A model generated the notes under the pieces. The model saw only the letters and a list, made by a program, of their open reading frames with translations. It was not told where the DNA came from and did no database searches. Positions 46,024-53,205 of a DNA stretch of 56,996 nucleotides are shown one piece after another. A program made the position numbers and the translations under genes. Position 1 is the stretch's first letter. Every line of letters starts with the position of its first letter. Where the stretch lies: sequence record DRR378314_630; one strand, written 5' to 3'.

Positions 46024-46944
46024 TCAAGTGGCCAACGCGTAATCGATCGCCGCACACACCGCGGTAGCCTGCGCAGCGTTGCATTGCTCGGGAGTGACAC
46101 GGGGGCTGTCGGGATAGACCTCGGTGGTGGTCTTGAAGGGTGCGCTGGTAACACTGGCGCACAGGCCCAACTGCGTTAGCGGATACTGAATGACACCCCG
46201 AGCGGCCACTGGTGAGCCGAAGATCTCTCCGTTTTCATCGGCCGGAGCGATATGAGCAACCTGTTCCACCGCCTTGATCAACGCCTGCTGGAATTCAGGT
46301 TGGGGGTCCTCGCTGTCATCAACCAGATAGAATCCGTCGGGAATCCCGCCCGGTTCGAACGGCTTGCCATCCCGGGCAGCCAGCGCGGGGCGAAACTCGG
46401 TTTCGTCGGTATCCGTGGTCTCATGCAAATCGATATGCAGCAGCACACGATCAACGACGGGCGCGACCAGTCGCATCAGTGCCGCCGATTCCTCTGCCTC
46501 ACCGTCATCGCGGAATGAGCGGTTCGGATCGACCGCGTTGGCGTTCCAGCGATGGATGCGTTCGTACGCCCAAGGGCTGACGCAGGGCGCGACCAGCAAA
46601 TTAACGCGGCCCGCGTAATCCGCCGCATACTGATCAACGAACTCCAGCGCGCCGTGCACGCCGCTGGTTTCATAGCCATGCACCCCGCCCGTTACCAGCA
46701 CGACCGGCAGATTGTCACGCCATTCGCGGCTGCGAATCGCCATCAGCGAATAACGATCGGAGCCATACTCCAAACAGCCATACTCTTCCACGTCGAAGCG
46801 GGAGCGCAGGCGCTCGATCACACTCAACACCTCGGATTCGTAGCTGCGTTGACGGGTCTGCTGCGACAACCACTCGGCGCGTTCTACCTCACCCCAGGGA
46901 ATGCCAGGTGTGCCGATGGGATAGGATGCGGAATCCTTGGTCAT
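46024..46944 (-). CDS. M14-family metallocarboxypeptidase / deacylase-like
   Basis: GGVHGYE, DPNRSF, IDLHET, TTEVYP. Confidence 0.85.
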   Translation of the reverse strand: MTKDSASYPIGTPGIPWGEVERAEWLSQQTRQRSYESEVLSVIERLRSRFDVEEYGCLEYGSDRYSLMAIRSREWRDNLPVVLVTGGVHGYETSGVHGALEFVDQYAADYAGRVNLLVAPCVSPWAYERIHRWNANAVDPNRSFRDDGEAEESAALMRLVAPVVDRVLLHIDLHETTDTDETEFRPALAARDGKPFEPGGIPDGFYLVDDSEDPQPEFQQALIKAVEQVAHIAPADENGEIFGSPVAARGVIQYPLTQLGLCASVTSAPFKTTTEVYPDSPRVTPEQCNAAQATAVCAAIDYALAT

Positions 46945-47038
46945 ACTGCCTTTTCTCCAGTCATAATCGTTGTATACGCCGCTTTTGGAGGGAGGGAAGC
47001 TGCCGAATAGAAGCCCTACACAGCCTTGCCTGCGATCG

Positions 47039-47812
47039 TTAGATATGCTCTTCGGCCCTGAGTGTCAGCACCTCATAACCATCGGAGGTAACGGCCACTG
47101 TATGCTCCCACTGAGCCGACAACTTCTTGTCGCTGGTGACAACGGTCCACCCATCTTTCTTCAACTTAACCTTGGCCTTACCCTGGTTAATCATGGGCTC
47201 TATTGTAAACACCATGCCTTCCTGGAGGACCAACCCTTTTCCCCGCTGGCCATAATGCAGAACCTGTGGCTCTTCATGCATTTCTCGACCAATCCCATGC
47301 CCACAATACTCGCGAACAACTGAATAGCCGTGCTTCTGGGCGTGGCTTTGAATGGCATGGCCGACATCTCCAAGTGTGGCACCAGGCTTTACGCTTCGAA
47401 TCCCTTCCCACATGGCCTCATAGGTCTTGTCGACCAAGCGCCTGGCGACCGGAGTTACGTCGCCGATCATGTACATTTTGCTGGAATCAGCGATAAATCC
47501 GCCCTGCTCTAATGTGATATCAACGTTGATGATATCCCCGGATTTCAGCTTCTGAGCAGTCGAAGGAACGCCGTGGCATACAACCCGGTTTACAGAGCTA
47601 TTCAGAACATACTGATACCCATACTGACCTTTACTCGCAGGGCGAGCGTTCAGCTGATCGACGATGTACCTCTCCGCAAGATCGTTGATATCCATTGTGG
47701 ATACGCCGATCTCGATATGGCCATCGAGGTAGTCGAAAACCGTTGCGAGAAGCCGACCGGACTCCCGCATCACACTCAATTCCTCGGTGCTTTTCCGTTT
47801 TACACTAGCCAC
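47039..47812 (-). CDS. map: type I methionine aminopeptidase
   Basis: CHGVP, NVDIT..DSS, GHGIG..HEEP, TIEPM, AQWEHT. Confidence 0.95.
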   Translation of the reverse strand: MASVKRKSTEELSVMRESGRLLATVFDYLDGHIEIGVSTMDINDLAERYIVDQLNARPASKGQYGYQYVLNSSVNRVVCHGVPSTAQKLKSGDIINVDITLEQGGFIADSSKMYMIGDVTPVARRLVDKTYEAMWEGIRSVKPGATLGDVGHAIQSHAQKHGYSVVREYCGHGIGREMHEEPQVLHYGQRGKGLVLQEGMVFTIEPMINQGKAKVKLKKDGWTVVTSDKKLSAQWEHTVAVTSDGYEVLTLRAEEHI

Positions 47813-48011
47813 CGACAGCCTTCCTTATGTCTACTTCGGCCAGCTTCATTTGGTCGCGCATGATGTCGGAGAACGACATGCTGGGATTCGCCTCGGCAAG
47901 CATGCCAACTTTTATCCAATATTCAGCCTGAGCATTGATAGAGCGAACCATCACGGCACTTGCCTTGCGGATCTCCCCGTGTAATTCGTCGTCAATCTTA
48001 ACAATTCCCAT
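47805..48011 (-). CDS. ParD-like ribbon-helix-helix protein
   Basis: MGIVKI..RSINAQAEYWIKVG; overlaps map start. Confidence 0.8.
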   Translation of the reverse strand: MGIVKIDDELHGEIRKASAVMVRSINAQAEYWIKVGMLAEANPSMSFSDIMRDQMKLAEVDIRKAVGG

Positions 48012-48023
48012 AGCAGCCCTTTA

Positions 48024-48051
48024 ATATACGATTTGTATACGAATCATATAT
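48024..48051. promoter_or_regulatory. palindromic operator upstream of ParD-like gene
   Basis: ATATACGATTTGTA|TACGAATCATATAT, 12/14 inverted match. Confidence 0.6.
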
Positions 48052-48157
48052 CGCGAGCAGCAGCCATTCAAGATGGGTAGGTAGATCTGGCACCCCATTG
48101 CCGAAGTATCAATCGTTCCGTTCTAATCATGGTTCAGGTGGTGCCTTGGAAAGGGGT

Positions 48158-48193
48158 CATCACGCGCTTGTCGCGTGGATGGCGTTATTAGCT
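48158..48193 (-). repeat. degenerate, truncated attC remnant
   Basis: Minus strand AGCTAATAACGCCATCCACGCGACAAGCGCGTGATG resembles an attC left arm and loop; right core missing. Confidence 0.5.
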
Positions 48194-48651
48194 TCCGCTA
48201 TCTCATATTGGCTAAACACCTGGATATTATGCCGACGTAACAACGCAGCCGTAACACCCATGCCAGGAGTTCGGTTACCAGAAAAGCGACCGTCATAGAT
48301 AAATGAACTTCCACAAGAGGGGCTGGACTCGGCCAGTATCGCTATCTCAATACTGAACTTTTTGCACAATTCCAGAGCAATAGATGCACCTGCAATAAAA
48401 TCGTCGGTGACAACATTTCCGCCCTTTTCAATAACGTCGGATTCGCCGTCTAATACATTGTTCCCGCTTCCTTCGACAATCTCCGCAGGTTTCCGTGGGA
48501 TACTCATTCCGGCCTCAACTTCGGGGCATACTGAAACAACCCGGCCTTCAGATATCCACCTCTCAATAAGCTGATCGTTCACCGAAAGGCTCCCGCCATC
48601 GTATCGAACCCTTTTCCCTAGAAGGCAGGCACTCATTAGTACTTTTCTCAA
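48160..48651 (-). CDS. DUF523 / 2-thiouracil desulfurase-like protein (cassette)
   Basis: SACLLG..RYDG, VCPEV, SPSCG; TTG start at 48651 inferred. Confidence 0.85.
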   Translation of the reverse strand: MRKVLMSACLLGKRVRYDGGSLSVNDQLIERWISEGRVVSVCPEVEAGMSIPRKPAEIVEGSGNNVLDGESDVIEKGGNVVTDDFIAGASIALELCKKFSIEIAILAESSPSCGSSFIYDGRFSGNRTPGMGVTAALLRRHNIQVFSQYEIAEANNAIHATSA

Positions 48652-48674
48652 ACGAATAGACCCCAGTATTGTGG

Positions 48675-48724
48675 TGCTAAGTTTTCGAGTATTGGGACCG
48701 GTGCTACCACCGCGGTTGTTAAGC
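48675..48724 (-). repeat. degenerate attC
   Basis: GTTAAGC at 48718-48724 overlapping GNAT stop; mutated core TGCTAAG at 48675. Confidence 0.55.
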
Positions 48725-49210
48725 ATTTGACTCCAGGACATGACCCTGCAGATCAAGTCCATAGAATTTCGTTCCGGGCGTTGGGTTATAAAAATAGGGC
48801 TCGATTTCCTCAAAGCCCATTAACTCATAAAGTTCCTGCGCCTTTTTCGTAGGAGGCACGGCATCCAGAACGACTCGGGTATAACCCATTCCTTTCAGCT
48901 TCAATAGCAGATTGTCCATGAGCACACGTCCGAGTCCCTTACCCTGATATTGTCGACGTACGTACAGACGCTTCACCTCTGCTGTATGATCGTCAATCCG
49001 TCTAAACCCAACACCACCGGCGATGCGAGAATTCTCGATTGCGAATGTATATTGGCCGCTAGGCAGCGAGAACAGTGCTTCGAGCGAGGCCATCTCTCCC
49101 TCAAAATCCTGATAGGAAAGATCGATACCCAGCCAATCTGCATACTCGAGAATAAGCTTTCTTAGCTCATCGCTATCTGCGGGGAAGACCACATCCCTGA
49201 TCATAACCAT
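48719..49210 (-). CDS. GNAT acetyltransferase (cassette)
   Basis: AEVKRLYV..QGKGLGR, LYELMGF. Confidence 0.9.
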   Translation of the reverse strand: MVMIRDVVFPADSDELRKLILEYADWLGIDLSYQDFEGEMASLEALFSLPSGQYTFAIENSRIAGGVGFRRIDDHTAEVKRLYVRRQYQGKGLGRVLMDNLLLKLKGMGYTRVVLDAVPPTKKAQELYELMGFEEIEPYFYNPTPGTKFYGLDLQGHVLESNA

Positions 49211-49232
49211 CTCTTCCGTGCTTTAGACTATT

Positions 49233-49328
49233 GCTCGACACCTTTGTTTGGCAGCGCCCCTGTGGCTTAACGAAAAGGCATTCGGTGGAGGCCGGAGGCC
49301 CAAAACGTACTTGAGCGACCTGCTACAC
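49233..49328 (-). repeat. degenerate attC
   Basis: Shares CGGTGGAGG-CCG-AGGCCC with attC at 52624-52709; cores GCTTAAC (49265) or GCTCGAC (49233) and GCTACAC (49322). Confidence 0.65.
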
Positions 49329-49709
49329 ATTGACTGAATACTTAAGGTCCCGTGCCTCGTCTCCAGTCATACCCCGAAATCCCCAACAATGGGCAGGCTG
49401 CTCCTTAATTGTCACTTCGATATCTACAGGAGATATGCCAACCACAGACTCAATTTTTCTGAAAAGTTCCTTGATCAGAGCCTTTTGGGTCTCTGGAGCC
49501 CTCCCCTGCATCATATTGATCTCTATGGCAGTGTAGGCCGGAGTTCTGCCACCTGGGTAATAAAAATCCTCGGCATCCATAGGGATAAAACGATGAGCCC
49601 GCTTGTCTTCCGGCATTCCGAGTACGGATTGCATGCATCCGTGAATGACCTCAGAGAGCTGAGCTTTGACCGGGTTAAGGTGTTCTCTGATTCCATATAT
49701 GACTATCAC
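49323..49709 (-). CDS. tautomerase-superfamily protein (cassette)
   Basis: MQGRAPETQKALI..WGFRG; GTG start after GGAGG; lacks an N-terminal Pro. Confidence 0.8.
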   Translation of the reverse strand: MIVIYGIREHLNPVKAQLSEVIHGCMQSVLGMPEDKRAHRFIPMDAEDFYYPGGRTPAYTAIEINMMQGRAPETQKALIKELFRKIESVVGISPVDIEVTIKEQPAHCWGFRGMTGDEARDLKYSVNV

Positions 49710-49726
49710 GATGCCTCCTGCAATAT

Positions 49727-49762
49727 GTGTAACGCTCCCATAACTCAATTCGATAATTAAGA
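49727..49762 (-). repeat. collapsed attC remnant
   Basis: GTGTAACGCTCCCATAAC... joined directly to mutated core ATTAAGA; interior missing. Confidence 0.55.
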
Positions 49763-50227
49763 GATTTTATACTCCATGAATACAGCTTCTGGGTGAGGGT
49801 TGAACCGGTACGGCTCGATTTCCTGGAAGCCAAAAGCTTGGTACAACCGCAAGGCCTTATCAAGCTCACGAACGCTGTCGAGTCGCACAGAACCATAACC
49901 CATTTCCTTCGCCTGACAGATCAAAGCCTCAGTCAGAGCTTTACCGATACCCATGCCATGGTAGTCTGGCAAAACATACATCCGCTTCATCTCAGCAACT
50001 CCGGGCTCGAACTCTCTGAGGCCGACAGCACCAACACACACTCCCTCAAAAGAGCTCAGCAATAGCGCACCTTTGGGTGGACCGTACATTATTGGCAGCG
50101 ATGCCAACTCACTGGAAAAGCCCTGAAACTCCAAATCCAGCCCTAGAAATTCTGCATATGCACGAATCAACCTACCACCCAAATCAAACTGTTCGGCGGT
50201 CTCAGCCACCTCAATACTTACGGACAT
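49757..50227 (-). CDS. GNAT acetyltransferase (cassette)
   Basis: AEMKRMYV..HGMGIGK, LYQAFGF. Confidence 0.9.
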   Translation of the reverse strand: MSVSIEVAETAEQFDLGGRLIRAYAEFLGLDLEFQGFSSELASLPIMYGPPKGALLLSSFEGVCVGAVGLREFEPGVAEMKRMYVLPDYHGMGIGKALTEALICQAKEMGYGSVRLDSVRELDKALRLYQAFGFQEIEPYRFNPHPEAVFMEYKIS

Positions 50228-50234
50228 CCTTATC

Positions 50235-50300
50235 TCCTAACGCTGGCTTTTGCGGCTAACACGCAATGCTTCAGCCGCCGCCGTGACAGCGAGGCCAAGG
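50235..50300 (-). repeat. degenerate attC
   Basis: TCCTAACGC.. core and CGCCGTGACAGC arm similar to the intact attCs; end approximate. Confidence 0.55.
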
Positions 50301-50331
50301 GGCTCAAGACAAAGCTCTCGCAGTACTTCAC

Positions 50332-50400
50332 CCGGGTGCCAGAGAGTTCGTGCAAACGAAGACCGGGTAAGTCCATATCTTTAGCATTCGCCGCTGCATC
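50332..50400 (-). pseudogene. HigB/RelE-type toxin internal fragment
   Basis: Minus frame from 50400 reads [23 protein letters not shown]. Confidence 0.7.
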
Positions 50401-50540
50401 GCCTCAACTACTTTCCTACCAACACCTTTACCGTGTTGATCTGGGTGCACGAGTAGCTGATGGTAATACACTACCAAGCTACCGTCTGAAATTGCGTTAC
50501 CGAAGCTAATGAGCTCGCCATTAATCCTCGTGGTTACCAC
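50394..50540 (-). pseudogene. GNAT acetyltransferase internal fragment
   Basis: GNAISDG.LVVYY..LLVHPDQHGKGVGR without normal N- or C-terminus. Confidence 0.75.
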
Positions 50541-50940
50541 TCTCTACCACGCTCAGAAGGTGCAAACTAACAATTGCAAGCGCGGCTACAGCAACATTCG
50601 TTGACACAGGATTGAAGGCTGCCCCAAGCAGCATGGGCTGCATCAGAGCAACAAATGCCAGCAAGCCGATCATTGCAATCAATGTAACGACTATCGGCCA
50701 TCGCTGGCGCCAAAATATCAAGACAACAGCCGACATGGCGATCTCTAGTACGCCACCGATATTTGCCAACTGCAACGCACCTGCCGGTGAAAAGCCCGCT
50801 GCCATCCCCATGGCCAGTTCATCCTCATGCGGATAGAGCAGTTTCGGAATCAAGCCATGATAGAACCAAATAAAGGCGATAGCGCCACGGCAGACTGCAT
50901 AGCTAAAAAATGGGCTACTCGCCCAGGAACCTCGATTCAT
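50521..50940 (-). CDS. DoxX-like membrane protein (cassette, second gene)
   Basis: WFYHGLIPKL, AAFNPV; four TM helices. Confidence 0.75.
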   Translation of the reverse strand: MNRGSWASSPFFSYAVCRGAIAFIWFYHGLIPKLLYPHEDELAMGMAAGFSPAGALQLANIGGVLEIAMSAVVLIFWRQRWPIVVTLIAMIGLLAFVALMQPMLLGAAFNPVSTNVAVAALAIVSLHLLSVVESGNHED

Positions 50941-51352
50941 GATCTTTATCCGGAATCATACAAACGTCATAGCGACCGAAAAGCTTGTAACGATTTAGTG
51001 CGATGCGGTCGTAAAGCCAGTCCCGAATGACTGAGGGGACAACCCAGCCAATACAGAAAAGTGGCCACGGCCATGGTAACCGAAGCATTACTCTGAAAAA
51101 CGCTGAGGACTTCGTGTATATGTTGGGCCCTTCAGCAAGCAGCATGGTTTCGAATGAATCTGTTGGGAAACCATGCGATTCCAGAATGGCCTGGCCTTCA
51201 GGTGACTGAACAGTCGCCAACTTGAATCGACGCTTTCTATCGAACCTGATGAGGAAGCGCGCCCACGCGGAACACAATCGGCACACTCCGTCGAACAGGA
51301 CCACTCGATCCTCGGGGGCAATATCTGGTTTAGATTGCGATTGTTGTTTCAT
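50915..51352 (-). CDS. DCC1-like thiol-disulfide oxidoreductase (cassette)
   Basis: FDGVCRLC, RDWLYDRIALNRYKLFG. Confidence 0.9.
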   Translation of the reverse strand: MKQQSQSKPDIAPEDRVVLFDGVCRLCSAWARFLIRFDRKRRFKLATVQSPEGQAILESHGFPTDSFETMLLAEGPNIYTKSSAFFRVMLRLPWPWPLFCIGWVVPSVIRDWLYDRIALNRYKLFGRYDVCMIPDKDHESRFLGE

Positions 51353-51357
51353 AACTG

Positions 51358-51485
51358 AGGTAACGTCTACTTTAAAGCGCCGGTGCCGAACACAGCGAAG
51401 TACCGGCTGGTTTGGACGGTTGTTTATGTTTCACTCCGCTAAACGCGCCAGAGCATGCGCTTCCGCCAAGAATCTCGGGTTATGT
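51358..51485 (-). repeat. degenerate (possibly composite) attC
   Basis: Cores AGGTAAC (51358) and GTTATGT (51479); internal CCGGTGC..GTACCGG stem. Confidence 0.6.
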
Positions 51486-51489
51486 GATC

Positions 51490-51897
51490 CTAGCTTACTC
51501 TGGCAGGACCTCGAATTCTGGCACGTCTCCAATCGCCCCATCCCAAACCCGCTCTGCTCGATGTAAAGATGTGCGCAGTTGGCAACACAGAGACTTCAGT
51601 GTCCAAACACCCTGCAGGAACAACGAGCAAACCTGCAACCTGAGTGTTTGGCAATGCCGAGCCACACAACTTACAGAAGCTTTTGTTATGACGAGTGCCA
51701 GGGAGCGTAAAGGAAGTCACAGCATCTACACCCGACTGCCAGACCAATTTAGCTGACTGCGAGAATAAATTTGCCGCATGAGCTGATCCCGTATCTTTCT
51801 GACAATACTCACAATGACACAGGTAAAAGCTGTCGAAGTCCCCATGGACCTCAAATTTCACTGTGCCACACAGGCAAGAACCAACATGCTTAGTCAT
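51490..51897 (-). CDS. GFA-family (CENP-V) zinc-binding protein (cassette), probable C-terminal frameshift
   Basis: GSCLCG, CHCEYC, FCKLCGS, PTAHIF. Confidence 0.85.
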   Translation of the reverse strand: MTKHVGSCLCGTVKFEVHGDFDSFYLCHCEYCQKDTGSAHAANLFSQSAKLVWQSGVDAVTSFTLPGTRHNKSFCKLCGSALPNTQVAGLLVVPAGCLDTEVSVLPTAHIFTSSRAGLGWGDWRRARIRGPARVS

Positions 51898-51930
51898 AGG
51901 GTTCCCTGCTATGATCTGTAGGTGACGCAC

Positions 51931-51975
51931 ACATAACGCCCGGCTCACGCGCCGGTTTGAAGCCGTTGGCTATAA
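51931..51975 (-). repeat. attC with internal deletion
   Basis: ACATAACGCCCGGCTCACGCGCCGGTTTGAAGCCG nearly identical to attC at 54976, then jumps to mutated core GCTATAA. Confidence 0.8.
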
Positions 51976-52608
51976 GCCAATGTACCCCAAGGCCACATCG
52001 ACTTCTGTGTAATCCCGAATCGATTTAGGGCTAATAATACGATCCCCGACAGAAACAAAGTTGTAACCCAGAGTTTTGGAAGCTTTCTGATCCCAAGGCC
52101 CATCCCCAAAATAGGTCATGGAATCGTAATGACTCATACCCGCACGCCTTTCGGCCAACCGCATAATCTCTGTTCTGCTGTAGTGATCCGAGGAAGAGGC
52201 CAACGGTATAGAAGGGAAGGTGATACCTGCAGCACCAAGTTTCATCGTCGCGGATTCACTCCAGCCTCCGGTCGCAAAAGCGACTGCAACATTCTTGCGT
52301 GCAACGAGTTGCGATAAAAACTCGTACGCTCCGGGGATTGGGGATACAGCGTGACTCGAAATGTAATCCGTTACTCTGCTCACGAACTCTTCTTTAACGT
52401 CTGCGGTGATCCTCTCGCTGTCACTTTGAAGGCCTAGTCCATCAATCACCTCAGCGAGAATCCCTGAATCAGTCACATGATGATAGCGACTCCAGTCAGG
52501 CACGATCCTTACTCCCAATACGCCCTCGATAGCTGCTTGGAAGCACTCAGTATCGAAGTCGTACGACTCAACCAACGTTCCGTCTATGTCGAATAAGACC
52601 AGATGCAC
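51970..52608 (-). CDS. HAD-family hydrolase (cassette)
   Basis: FDIDGTL, ATGG, FGDGPWD. Confidence 0.9.
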   Translation of the reverse strand: MHLVLFDIDGTLVESYDFDTECFQAAIEGVLGVRIVPDWSRYHHVTDSGILAEVIDGLGLQSDSERITADVKEEFVSRVTDYISSHAVSPIPGAYEFLSQLVARKNVAVAFATGGWSESATMKLGAAGITFPSIPLASSSDHYSRTEIMRLAERRAGMSHYDSMTYFGDGPWDQKASKTLGYNFVSVGDRIISPKSIRDYTEVDVALGYIGL

Positions 52609-52623
52609 AACCTATCCCTTGGT

Positions 52624-52709
52624 TTATAAAGTGAAGCTAAGCGGCGCCCTGACAAGGGCGTCCGGTGGAGGACCGAAGGCCCGGAACAACCTTAATGGCC
52701 TGGTTATGC
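52624..52709 (-). repeat. attC (one core mutated)
   Basis: TTATAAA(52624)...GTTATGC(52703), internal hairpins CGCCCT/AGGGCG. Confidence 0.8.
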
Positions 52710-52717
52710 GGCATGCC

Positions 52718-53122
52718 CTATAGCCCGAGCAACTTTGATGCAATCGAATCAAAATGAATGCCGAGATAGAGCAAAGCTGAAAGATTAGCGAACAAAAGCG
52801 TTGGAACAAGCCAAAGAACTGCTGCAAGGCCCCCTTCGTGTAGGTAGATGAAGATTTGAAACATAAAAAGTCCAAGATAAAGATCTATTCCTATCTGCCT
52901 ACCCCAGTGAAACTCTGCAACCTTGCGAATGGTGCGAAATATGTTTTCCTGGAAACTACAGTAAACGCTATATGCTAGAAACGCTGCGAATGTCACCCAG
53001 ACGACAAGCTTTAAAATTCCCAATTGACCAGTGAATGAGAAAATATCGGGATGCCAATTCAGGTACAGGGCGGCGGCGGCAAATATCGAATAGACCGACC
53101 ATGAAATCGTGTTCGCCGACAT
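52718..53122 (-). CDS. hypothetical membrane protein (cassette)
   Basis: 134 aa, about four TM helices, GGAGG RBS; bounded by GTTATGC/GCATAAC. Confidence 0.75.
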   Translation of the reverse strand: MSANTISWSVYSIFAAAALYLNWHPDIFSFTGQLGILKLVVWVTFAAFLAYSVYCSFQENIFRTIRKVAEFHWGRQIGIDLYLGLFMFQIFIYLHEGGLAAVLWLVPTLLFANLSALLYLGIHFDSIASKLLGL

Positions 53123-53144
53123 TAGGTATATCCTCCTGTGTGCT

Positions 53145-53204
53145 GCATAACGTCAGAGCGCACCGGCGCACTTTAGTGCGTCCGCGTGACGCGACTTGTT
53201 AAAG
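53145..53204 (-). repeat. attC, classical 60-bp type
   Basis: GCATAAC..GCGCAC..GCACT-TT-AGTGC..GTGACGC..GTTAAAG. Confidence 0.92.
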
Positions 53205-53205
53205 C

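Noticed and set aside
47805-48011. ParDE toxin-antitoxin system
   Set aside because: No ParE toxin adjacent; the partner gene is map
48651-48813. N-terminal extension of the DUF523 ORF
   Set aside because: Overlaps the GNAT gene and attC; family similarity begins at about 48651
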